The translations under genes and the position numbers were made by a program. The notes under the pieces are model-generated. The model ran no database searches. It had not been told where the DNA came from and saw only the letters and a list, made by a program, of their open reading frames with translations. A DNA stretch of 64,000 nt from an uncultured Gemmatimonadaceae bacterium (GTDB lineage: Bacteria; Gemmatimonadota; Gemmatimonadetes; Gemmatimonadales; Gemmatimonadaceae): NCBI GenBank assembly GCA_963781585.1, contig CAWAGQ010000011.1, forward strand, positions 380,480 through 444,479, given 5' to 3'. Positions 19,635 to 28,154 of the stretch are shown in pieces (the stretch's first letter is position 1; each line of letters starts with the position of its first letter).

Positions 19635-19953
19635 TTCAGGCCAATGTCAGCGCAACCTCCATGCCATCAAGCACTTCCGCCCTGCGCTCCGGGTGCAATG
19701 TTTGAGCAGGCACGAGTTTCGCACGCCATGGGCAGCTTCGACGGAAGGGGCTTTGGGATAGCCGATCACGTACACTCCGCTTCCACGTCCGCAGCAGTCG
19801 GTCCACCCACTTTCCGCCTCCGGGAGAAGCCTGTCGAGACAAGAGCCAAGAAGTCACCGCCCGCTTGATCCGGCGCAATCTCGCGCGACAGCCGAGGATG
19901 ACGCAATTCACCGATCCCGTGCGCGCCCGACACGACGAAGTCGCCATGGTCGG

Positions 19954-21516
19954 GTGTTGCCGGTGACCACCGCTCACCCAACGTCGCAGGCGGTGCTCGC
20001 CGCAGGCGCACTCGCGGCGCCGCTGTGCCTGGCCGGCTTCGTCCTGCAGTCGGGCGCGCTGGCAGGGCGTCCGCTGTGGCTGGATGAACGGCTGACGCTA
20101 CTCGTAGCAAGCCAGCCGTCGATGCCCGCGGTGCTGGACGCACTGCGACAGGGCGCGGACACGAGCCCGCCGTTGCTCTTCGCCTGGCACTGGGCCATAG
20201 GACACCTGCTGGGCCAGGTGGCCCCATGGCAGCTCCGCACCACAGCGCTTCTCTCGATGTTTGGAGCCGTGCTTGGCCTGTTCATGTTGCTCCGGCGCGT
20301 CTACGGCACGCTCCCGGCGCTCGCAGGCGCCTTTGTCCTGGCCGCGAATGCACAGATCATCCGCTACGCCTTCGACGCCAGGTTCTACGGACCCTGGGTG
20401 CTGCTCACCGTGGTCTATCTCGCGCTACTGGCGCGTCTCGCTTCCAGACGCGGTGGTGTCGTGCAGTGGGTTGCGACCTGCCTGGCAGCCGCGGCGCTCT
20501 GCCTCATTCACTACTTCGGTGTCATCACGCTGGTACTCGTCAGCGGAGGGGTGCTGCTCGCCGGCTACCCGGATCGACGGCGAATGCGCGAGGTCTGGCC
20601 GGGCGTGGTGACTGGAGCTGTGACAGTCGCGGCCCTTCTCCCGATGGTGCGCGGACAGCGTGCCGCGCTCACCGTGTCCACGTGGGTTCCACCTGCGTCG
20701 ATTCTGCTGGCAATCCAGTTTCTCGGACCCTACCTGCTCCTGTACGTGGCCGCGGCGGCAACGCGTCGCTCGCTACAGGAGGGGCTTCGCCGCAGCGAAC
20801 AGGCGCATGAACGCCGGGCGATCGTCGCCGGATTGCTCAGTCTCGGCCTGCTGCCTCTTGTTCTCACCGGGTTCTCGTTCGCTGTGCAGTCGGTGATGAT
20901 CATTCGCTATGCCCTTCCGGCGTTTCTGGCGATGGGCCTGGTGGCGAGCGCGCTGTTCTCACTGCTCACCCCACGATTACGGATCGTCTTCGCCGCGGTC
21001 CTTGTGGTAGCGGGACTCTCCGCGGCCTTCGCACAGGCCAATGACGGGCGCGCGTTCGAAGAGCGTGTGCGGGCCGATTCCATCACCGTCGAGACGGCAC
21101 TAGGGCAAGGGCGGATCATCGCCAGCCCGTCTCGTAAGGAGCTGTACCCGCTCTGGAGCGTCATGCGCGGCACGCCGGACGCCGTCGTGATGGCAACCGT
21201 TTCCCCTGGACGCATTCGTGAGCGCTTCCCATCTGCGTCGGACTCGGCCGGCTTCGGCAACTACATGCTCCTGGAACAGGACATCGGACGGGTGCACTCG
21301 CGGCTCTTCCAACTGCCGCAGCAGGTCTCGGCGGACAGCCTCGCACATCTGCAGTGTTTCGTGCTGGTGGAGGATCAGGACGCGCCGCTGTTCGTGCAAC
21401 GCTGGATGCCCGGGGCGACGGCCACCCGCTTGCAGGATCACGTGTTCCTGGTGCATGGTCCCCCGCGGCTCCCAACCGGAGACTCCGATCACGACTGCGC
21501 CGACGCCGCACGCTAG
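19954..21516 (+). CDS. ArnT/PMT-like (GT39/GT83-type) GT-C membrane glycosyltransferase
   Basis: PLWLDE after first TM, SPPLL, DARFY, IHYFG, IRYALP; many TMs plus C-terminal soluble domain; start uncertain. Confidence 0.7.
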   Translation: MLPVTTAHPTSQAVLAAGALAAPLCLAGFVLQSGALAGRPLWLDERLTLLVASQPSMPAVLDALRQGADTSPPLLFAWHWAIGHLLGQVAPWQLRTTALLSMFGAVLGLFMLLRRVYGTLPALAGAFVLAANAQIIRYAFDARFYGPWVLLTVVYLALLARLASRRGGVVQWVATCLAAAALCLIHYFGVITLVLVSGGVLLAGYPDRRRMREVWPGVVTGAVTVAALLPMVRGQRAALTVSTWVPPASILLAIQFLGPYLLLYVAAAATRRSLQEGLRRSEQAHERRAIVAGLLSLGLLPLVLTGFSFAVQSVMIIRYALPAFLAMGLVASALFSLLTPRLRIVFAAVLVVAGLSAAFAQANDGRAFEERVRADSITVETALGQGRIIASPSRKELYPLWSVMRGTPDAVVMATVSPGRIRERFPSASDSAGFGNYMLLEQDIGRVHSRLFQLPQQVSADSLAHLQCFVLVEDQDAPLFVQRWMPGATATRLQDHVFLVHGPPRLPTGDSDHDCADAAR

Positions 21517-22486
21517 CGCGTGGCCGCATGGCACCCCAGATGACACCTGGGTGCTCATCCCCATTTTCAACGACTGGCAGGCCCTCGGGGAATTGCTGCC
21601 CGCGCTCGAGCGCGAGCTGGCGACGAACGACCTCGCGGTGCGCGTCCTGGTGGTGGACGACGGCTCGTCGCAGCAAGGCACGTGCATGCGGCAGCCGGAA
21701 TGGCGCGGCATCCGTTCCCTCGAGCTCCTTCGCCTGCGCCGGAACATGGGACACCAGCGCGCGATTGCGGTCGGGCTCTGTCACCTGGTGGACCATCATG
21801 CCGGGCGCGGATGCGTGGTCATGGACGGGGACGGCCAGGACAAGCCCACCGACGTCCCGCGCCTAATGTCGGCCAGCGGAGCATCTCCTGACGGCCAGGC
21901 CGTATTCGGTTCCCGGTTGCGCCGGTCCGAAGGAATCACGTTTGCGTTCTTCTACCACCTGTATCGGCTCGTGCACTGGCTGCTCACCGGCGTACCGGTG
22001 CGGATCGGCAACTTCAGCTACCTGCCGTGGCGCGACGCGAAGTGCCTGGCTGTTTGCTGGGAACTCTGGAATCACTACGCCGCGGCCGTGATCCATGCGC
22101 GCATTCCATTCCACACGGTGCCGTGCGCCCGGGGGGACCGCCTCACCGGACAGTCGAAGATGAATCCGGTGGCGCTGGTGGTTCACGGACTCAGCGCCAT
22201 GGCCGTGTTTTCGGATCGGATCGGTGTGCGGGTGCTTGCCCTCTCCGGCGCGCTCTCGGCCCTCGCCGTGCTCGGCATCGGCGCCGTGCTGGCCGTCAAG
22301 TGGGGAACTTCTCTCGCCGTGCCCGGCTGGCCGACGTCGGCCATGGGACTCCTGCTGGTCGTGGTGGGTGAGCTAGTGCTGTTGAGCACCCTCTTCACGT
22401 TCATCATCCTGTCGGGGCGGAGCACGAGCGCGGTGATACCGTTGCGGGATTATGAGATCTTCGTGGAACCATCTCCGCACCAGTGA
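21455..22486 (+). CDS. GT2 polyprenyl-phosphate glycosyltransferase (GtrB/ArnC-like)
   Basis: LIPIFND, VVDDGS, RNMGHQRAI, MDGDGQD, GQSKM, two C-terminal TMs; start uncertain (21455 or 21551). Confidence 0.85.
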   Translation: MVPRGSQPETPITTAPTPHASAWPHGTPDDTWVLIPIFNDWQALGELLPALERELATNDLAVRVLVVDDGSSQQGTCMRQPEWRGIRSLELLRLRRNMGHQRAIAVGLCHLVDHHAGRGCVVMDGDGQDKPTDVPRLMSASGASPDGQAVFGSRLRRSEGITFAFFYHLYRLVHWLLTGVPVRIGNFSYLPWRDAKCLAVCWELWNHYAAAVIHARIPFHTVPCARGDRLTGQSKMNPVALVVHGLSAMAVFSDRIGVRVLALSGALSALAVLGIGAVLAVKWGTSLAVPGWPTSAMGLLLVVVGELVLLSTLFTFIILSGRSTSAVIPLRDYEIFVEPSPHQ

Positions 22487-23562
22487 GTGACGCCGCCATG
22501 ACCGCGTCGGTCGAGCCCGAGGACCCTCACAGGCCCCTCGCCATTTCCCTGCGCCTGCGTGTCGCGCTGGGCGTGGCCGGAGTGGCGGCCATTCTGGTCG
22601 TCTTCGGCGCGCTCCATTTCCCGGACTTCATCAGCGACTTCGACCAGATCTGGTTTGCGGCGCGCGCTGTCCTGCACGGACGCGACCCTTATCAGCTGAT
22701 CGGACCGGGGAAGGAGTTCAACGTCGGATTTCCGCTGTACTATCCGCTGATGGCCCCGATCGTCGCGCTGCCGTTCGGCATGCTGCCGCTCATCGCGGCG
22801 CGCGCCGCGTGGGTCTTCACCACTTGCGGGTTGCTTGCCTTCCTGCTCACGCGCGACGGATACCGGCGCCTCCCGATTGTCATCTCGGGTGCATTCGTCT
22901 CGTGCATTCAGCTCGTGCAGTGGTCGCCGATCATGACCTGCGCGGTCCTGGTCCCGGCGCTGGGTTTCTTCGCGGCCGCCAAACCAAACATCGGTGCGGC
23001 CGCTGTGGCCGGCGTAAGGACCCGGCGCGAGTTCGTCCTCTCCGCCGGCGGCGTGATGCTCCTGACGCTGATCGCGTTCCTGGTGCAGCCGTCATGGTTC
23101 AGCGAATGGCGCGCCGCGGTGGCCTCGGCGACGCACTTTCGATCGTTCATGATGCTCCCCGGAGGGCAGCTGCTGGCGCTCTGCGCCCTCCGCTGGCGGC
23201 GCTGGGATGCCCGGCTGCTGGCGGTGTTGGCCCTGTTCCCACAGACACCGGGCGCGAATTCGGCTTTGCTCCTCCTGCTGATCCCCCAGCGCCGGTTCGA
23301 CATTCTGGTGTTCAGCCTGTTGACCTACATCCCCGTCTATGTGGGATTCTGGGCCGCCTACCGGCCGACAGTGGAGGAATACTCGCGAGTCATGGGCTGG
23401 GTGACGCTCGTCTCCGTCTATTTCCCGATGTTGTGGTTCGTCCTGCGCCAGCCTAACGTGGGCCGCATGCCCGGCGTCGTCGAACGCGCGGTCGCCCGGT
23501 TCCCGGAGTGGATCCGTGGATCCGCACCCGGTGGGGGAGCCGTGGCCGGAACCAGCGCCTGA
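22483..23562 (+). CDS. GT87-like GT-C membrane glycosyltransferase, paralogue 5
   Basis: SDFDQIWFAARAV..GRDPY, PLYYPL, QWSP, AAKPNIG, LRWRRWDARLL; GTGA overlap with upstream GT2. Confidence 0.7.
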   Translation: MSDAAMTASVEPEDPHRPLAISLRLRVALGVAGVAAILVVFGALHFPDFISDFDQIWFAARAVLHGRDPYQLIGPGKEFNVGFPLYYPLMAPIVALPFGMLPLIAARAAWVFTTCGLLAFLLTRDGYRRLPIVISGAFVSCIQLVQWSPIMTCAVLVPALGFFAAAKPNIGAAAVAGVRTRREFVLSAGGVMLLTLIAFLVQPSWFSEWRAAVASATHFRSFMMLPGGQLLALCALRWRRWDARLLAVLALFPQTPGANSALLLLLIPQRRFDILVFSLLTYIPVYVGFWAAYRPTVEEYSRVMGWVTLVSVYFPMLWFVLRQPNVGRMPGVVERAVARFPEWIRGSAPGGGAVAGTSA

Positions 23563-23568
23563 GGAGAC

Positions 23569-24387
23569 ATGCCGACTCCCGTCGATGTGTCCGTGGTGCT
23601 CCCCTGCTTCCGCGACGCCGCGCTCGCGCGGCGGTCGGTCGGGGCGCTCCGCTTCGCGCTCGAGCGCACCGGATTCTCGTGGGAGATCGTCGTGGTCGAT
23701 GATGGAGGAGGAGATTTCCTGCACGGGGAATGGGACGACGACGAGGACATTTCGCTCCTCCGCTTTCCGGAGAACCGCGGCAAGGGTGCGGCCGTGCGGG
23801 CCGGGCTGCGGGCCGCGCGCGGCCGGGCGCGAATCTTCACCGACGTCGACCTTCCGTTCGGCACGGATCTGATTCCGGTGATCGCGGACTACCTGCTCGA
23901 CCGCGACTTTCACGTAGTGATGGGGGACCGGACGCTGCCGGATTCGGCGTACTATCTGCGCACGCCGTGGCCGCGCCGGCTGGCGTCGGCACTCTTCACC
24001 GCCTTCGTGGGCACCCTGGTGACCGGGGGGTTCTTCGATACGCAGTGCGGTCTCAAGGGCCTGCGTGGCGATGTGGCCGAGGCCATGCTCCCATTGTTGC
24101 GGCTCGACCGGTTCGCCTTTGATGTGGAACTGGTCTACGTATCGCTGAAGCACCGTCTCGACATCAAGCGGATTCCCGTCCGGTTGCTGCATAACGAGAC
24201 GTCGTCGGTTCGTCTGGCCCGGGATTCGGCGCGCGGCTTCATCGACGTATTCCGGATAAAGTACCATCAGCTCCGCGGATGGTACGCGAGTCTTCCGCTC
24301 GATGCGATCGTGCGCCGCGATTTCGCCGGGCAATACGCCCGTTCCACACAGCCGGCAGAGCCGTTTCGACAGCAAGGGCCCCGGTGA
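23569..24387 (+). CDS. GT2 dolichyl/polyprenyl-phosphate glycosyltransferase (ALG5-like)
   Basis: VVVDDG, NRGKGAAV, FTDVD, DTQCG, FAFDVE. Confidence 0.85.
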   Translation: MPTPVDVSVVLPCFRDAALARRSVGALRFALERTGFSWEIVVVDDGGGDFLHGEWDDDEDISLLRFPENRGKGAAVRAGLRAARGRARIFTDVDLPFGTDLIPVIADYLLDRDFHVVMGDRTLPDSAYYLRTPWPRRLASALFTAFVGTLVTGGFFDTQCGLKGLRGDVAEAMLPLLRLDRFAFDVELVYVSLKHRLDIKRIPVRLLHNETSSVRLARDSARGFIDVFRIKYHQLRGWYASLPLDAIVRRDFAGQYARSTQPAEPFRQQGPR

Positions 24388-25421
24388 CCGGCGCACACCT
24401 GGAATCGCAGCCGGGCCCCGCCACGCCGGAAGAGGAGAAGCGGCCCCGTCGCTTCGACTGGCGTGCGCATGTCGAGGTCGCGCGGCCGGACTACTGGTTC
24501 AAGAACGTCTTCGTCCTGCCCGGGATCGTGATCGCGCTCGGCACCGTCAGTCAGGTGGATCCCGGGCAGGTCGCGCGGCGCGCCCTCATCGGACTGTTGT
24601 CGATCTGCCTGATCGCGTCGAGCAACTACACCCTCAACGAGATCCTCGACGCGGCCTCGGACCGCTTTCATCCGGTGAAGCATGCCCGGCCCATCCCGTC
24701 CGGACGGGTCCGCGTGGGGGCGGCGTACGCGCAGTGGGTGCTGCTGTTCGTGGCCGGCATGGCGCTGGGACGGATGGTGTCGACGCCGTTCTCCCTGTCG
24801 GTGCTGGCGCTGTGGATCATGGCGTGCGTCTACAACGTGCCGCCGGTGCGCGCCAAGGATCAGCCGTATGTCGACGTCCTGTCGGAATCGATCAACAATC
24901 CGCTGCGCCTGCTTGCCGGCTGGTTCATCGTCACCGATGTCACCATTGCGCCGGCGTCGCTGCTCCTCAGCTACTGGATGATCGGTTGCTACTTCATGGC
25001 GCTCAAGCGATACGCGGAACTGAATGGCATCGACGATCGCGACCGCGCCGCGGCCTATCGCCGGTCGTTCGCGTTCTACACTCCCGAGCGGCTCATCGTA
25101 TCCATCATGTTCTACGCCGCGGCGTCGATGCTCTTCTTCGGCGCCTTCTGCATGCGGTACCGGATGGAGCTCATCCTCGCGTTCCCGCTGATCGCTCTGG
25201 TCATGGCCATCTATCTGCGGGTGGCGCTCAAGACGAACAGCGCCGCGCAACACCCCGAGCGGCTGTACCGGGAACCGGCGCTGATGGCCGCCGTGGTCGG
25301 GACAGCGCTGGTGATGTTGGTCCTGCTGCGGCTGGATCTACCCGTGCTCTATGGTCTGTTCAGTCCGACCGCGCCGGTGCAGCAGCGAGGGAACGCCCTG
25401 GAACGGAGCAAACAACCGTGA
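24384..25421 (+). CDS. UbiA-family decaprenyl-phosphate phosphoribosyltransferase (DPPR synthase-like)
   Basis: RPDYWFKN, NEILDAASDRFHPVKHARPIPSG, KRYAE match the Rv3806c-type subgroup; GTGA overlap with upstream gene. Confidence 0.8.
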   Translation: MTGAHLESQPGPATPEEEKRPRRFDWRAHVEVARPDYWFKNVFVLPGIVIALGTVSQVDPGQVARRALIGLLSICLIASSNYTLNEILDAASDRFHPVKHARPIPSGRVRVGAAYAQWVLLFVAGMALGRMVSTPFSLSVLALWIMACVYNVPPVRAKDQPYVDVLSESINNPLRLLAGWFIVTDVTIAPASLLLSYWMIGCYFMALKRYAELNGIDDRDRAAAYRRSFAFYTPERLIVSIMFYAAASMLFFGAFCMRYRMELILAFPLIALVMAIYLRVALKTNSAAQHPERLYREPALMAAVVGTALVMLVLLRLDLPVLYGLFSPTAPVQQRGNALERSKQP

Positions 25422-25455
25422 CCATTTCGCGATCGGCGAGGACGTTCGACTGACC

Positions 25456-27126
25456 ATGCAGGCGGCGCTCACCGCGGGCCGCCACCGGGGCGGTGTCATG
25501 TCAATCGGCACGCGCTCCACGGTCTGGCTGTGCCTGCTTGCCTGGCTGATTCTGATGTTGTGCGTCCAGCGATTCTCGGAGGCCGACGTCTGGTATCACC
25601 TCCGGAACGCTCAGGACTTGCTTAGCGCGCGCGCGGTTCCGCGCTTCGATCACTACACCTTCACATCAGCCGGAGCGCCGCTCGTGGACTACGAATGGCT
25701 CTCCGAACTGCCGTACTATAGCGCGTTCCGTGCCTGGGGCATGCGGGGTCTCCTGGCCGTCTACGCGGCGGTGCTCCTCCTGGTATTTGCCGGCGTGTAT
25801 CACCTGGCGCGGCGCCGCGGCGCGAATTATCGGCAGGCCGCGCTCGCCACTTTCGTGGGGGTGGCGCTGGGTTCCTATTCCTTTGGCCCTCGCATGATGC
25901 ACTTCGGGTGGCTCTGCCTGGTCGGCCTGCTGTTGGTGCTCGATCGGTGTGAGGAGAATCCGAAGCTGCTGTGGCTCATGCCGCCGCTGTTCGCGGCTTG
26001 GATCAATCTTCACGGATCCTGGGTGCTGGGTTTCGTGGTCCTCGGCGCGGTGCTGCTCGATGGAAGCCTGCGCGGGACCTGGGGAGCGATTACCGCCGCC
26101 GAGAGCACCGGCGCCACGCGTCCGAAACCTGTGGCGGTGGCGGCGCTCGGATCCATCGCAGCGCTGTTCGTCAACCCATACGGCGTTGGTCTCGTTCGGT
26201 ATCCATTCGACCTGTTGTTCAGGCAGCAGTCCAATCTCAGCACGGTGATCGAGTGGCAGTCCGTGGACTTCCACTCCGGCTATGGCAAACTGGCTATGCT
26301 GATGATCCTGGGCGTGCTGGCGATCGTCTTGTTGCATCGCAAACCGTGGCGGCTGCGCGACGTGCTGCTTGTCGGATTCGCTCTCTGGGCCTCGCTGACG
26401 CACGCCCGTTTTCTGATCCTGGCCGGAATCCTGCTCCCGCCGATCCTCGCGTGCCGTGTGACGCTGTTGTCCGACGCCGATCGGACCCAGGAGACACCTG
26501 CGCTCAATCTCCTACTTCTCCTGGTGATGATCGTCGCGTTGATCAGGACGGTGCCATCGGAGAAGCGACTGCAGGCAACGATCGATCGCGATTTCCCACG
26601 AGCCGCCCTGGCCTTCTTGCAAGAACAGCGGCTCGAAGGGCGTTTGTTCAACGCGTACGACTTTGGCGGATTCGTCGAGTGGAACGCGCCATCGATCAGG
26701 ACGTTCGCGGACGGGCGAACCGATATTTTTGTGTACAACGGTGTGCTCCACGACTACCTGAGAATCGTGCTGCTCAAGGGCTCGTTCGAAGTCCTGGATA
26801 AGTACGCAATACGGTACGTCCTTTACCCACCCGGACACCCACTCACCTATCTTCTCGATCGGAACAGGTCCTGGCATCAACTCTACGCTGACCAGACGGC
26901 GCGATTGTATGAACGCACCATCGGTGCGCCTGCTACCAGGACCGAAGCCCCCAGCCGGGACGATCCGCGGACGGCCGCAACTTCAGGGATGGAACACGAT
27001 CCAGAGCTGCAGACCCAATCCGAGCGCGGCCATTACGATGAGGATTCTGTTCAACCGGTTGCTGACAGAGTTCACTCCGCCCCGTTCGGCGCTCGCTCGT
27101 CCGATGGGTTCCGGAGGATGCCATAG
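25456..27126 (+). CDS. Polytopic membrane protein, probable GT-C glycosyltransferase (DxWxHL family)
   Basis: ADVWYHL, YEWLSE, WINLHG, VNPYG, IEWQS, YDFGG, DGRTD; many TMs plus C-terminal soluble domain. Confidence 0.6.
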   Translation: MQAALTAGRHRGGVMSIGTRSTVWLCLLAWLILMLCVQRFSEADVWYHLRNAQDLLSARAVPRFDHYTFTSAGAPLVDYEWLSELPYYSAFRAWGMRGLLAVYAAVLLLVFAGVYHLARRRGANYRQAALATFVGVALGSYSFGPRMMHFGWLCLVGLLLVLDRCEENPKLLWLMPPLFAAWINLHGSWVLGFVVLGAVLLDGSLRGTWGAITAAESTGATRPKPVAVAALGSIAALFVNPYGVGLVRYPFDLLFRQQSNLSTVIEWQSVDFHSGYGKLAMLMILGVLAIVLLHRKPWRLRDVLLVGFALWASLTHARFLILAGILLPPILACRVTLLSDADRTQETPALNLLLLLVMIVALIRTVPSEKRLQATIDRDFPRAALAFLQEQRLEGRLFNAYDFGGFVEWNAPSIRTFADGRTDIFVYNGVLHDYLRIVLLKGSFEVLDKYAIRYVLYPPGHPLTYLLDRNRSWHQLYADQTARLYERTIGAPATRTEAPSRDDPRTAATSGMEHDPELQTQSERGHYDEDSVQPVADRVHSAPFGARSSDGFRRMP

Positions 27127-28086
27127 GAAGTGATTACCGAGGGCCAGCAACAGGACCGGGAGCAGGACGAGGTACACTTGCAGTCGCGCCAGCATGGAAT
27201 AGCCGGCATCGAAGCTCCCGTACGGGCCTAACGCCAGCGCGACCAACTGCAGCAGGTGCGTCAGCGCGGCCAGAACGAGGGCCTGACGCAGCGTGCGGCA
27301 CAGCGCGAACAACGGCAGCACATCGTACAGGCTGGGAGTCTGCGGAACGAGCGAAGCCACGAGTAGTACACGGCCGTCAGCAGTGCGCCAGAGAAGCAAC
27401 GCGGCCAGGAGGAGAACCCCCCCCGGCTGCAGCAGCGCGATCTCTTTGTTCGGGGCCGAGCGCGCCAGCGCGAGCCACTCTCCGTACCATGAAGGCCGCA
27501 AGACCAACGACGCCAGCATGAACGAGGCGGCCAAGCCGATCACCAGGATGGCCTTGCGTCGATCCTGTGCGACGACTGCCAACAGCCCGACATTCGGCTT
27601 GGCGGCTACCACGAACCCAAGCGCCGGAAGCCAGAATGTCGCCAGGATCAGCGGTGCCAGCTGATTTCGGGAGATCGCCAGGTAGTACGAGGTGCTGAGC
27701 AGCATCGGCCAAAGCACGCGCCAGCGTGGGCCCACGGCGAAACCCAGTATCCCGGCCGAGACGACGCTGAACGCAATACGCGCCGCAGCCAACGGGAGAA
27801 ACGAGAACGGAACGATGAGAATGACAGCCGTGGGTGGATAGAAGAGCGGCCACGCCCACGGGAACTGTCGCCCCGGTCCCACCGCGGTGTACGGATCGGC
27901 GCCGCGAACCAGCGCCCGCGCCGCGTACCACAACTGGTCCAGATCGCTGGACATTCCCGGACCACGGACGTGTCGCAGAAGCGAGAAGGCGAGGGTGACT
28001 CCGATGACGACGAGGGTCGCCCGCCATCTGCTTCGCGACGCTCCATCAGGCTCACCAGCCGCCTGGGCGCCGGTCACGGTCTGCAA
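26983..28086 (-). CDS. GT87-like GT-C membrane glycosyltransferase, paralogue 6
   Basis: SDLDQLWYAARAL..GADPY, PLFYPP, AAKPNVG, PQTPSLYD. Confidence 0.7.
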   Translation of the reverse strand: MQTVTGAQAAGEPDGASRSRWRATLVVIGVTLAFSLLRHVRGPGMSSDLDQLWYAARALVRGADPYTAVGPGRQFPWAWPLFYPPTAVILIVPFSFLPLAAARIAFSVVSAGILGFAVGPRWRVLWPMLLSTSYYLAISRNQLAPLILATFWLPALGFVVAAKPNVGLLAVVAQDRRKAILVIGLAASFMLASLVLRPSWYGEWLALARSAPNKEIALLQPGGVLLLAALLLWRTADGRVLLVASLVPQTPSLYDVLPLFALCRTLRQALVLAALTHLLQLVALALGPYGSFDAGYSMLARLQVYLVLLPVLLLALGNHFLWHPPEPIGRASAERGGVNSVSNRLNRILIVMAALGLGLQLWIVFHP

Positions 28087-28154
28087 CTCGCGTGGATGTC
28101 CCGGGCTCCGATGGCTCCGTCAGGCATGACTGCGTTCATGCCAGAGCGCCGCGC

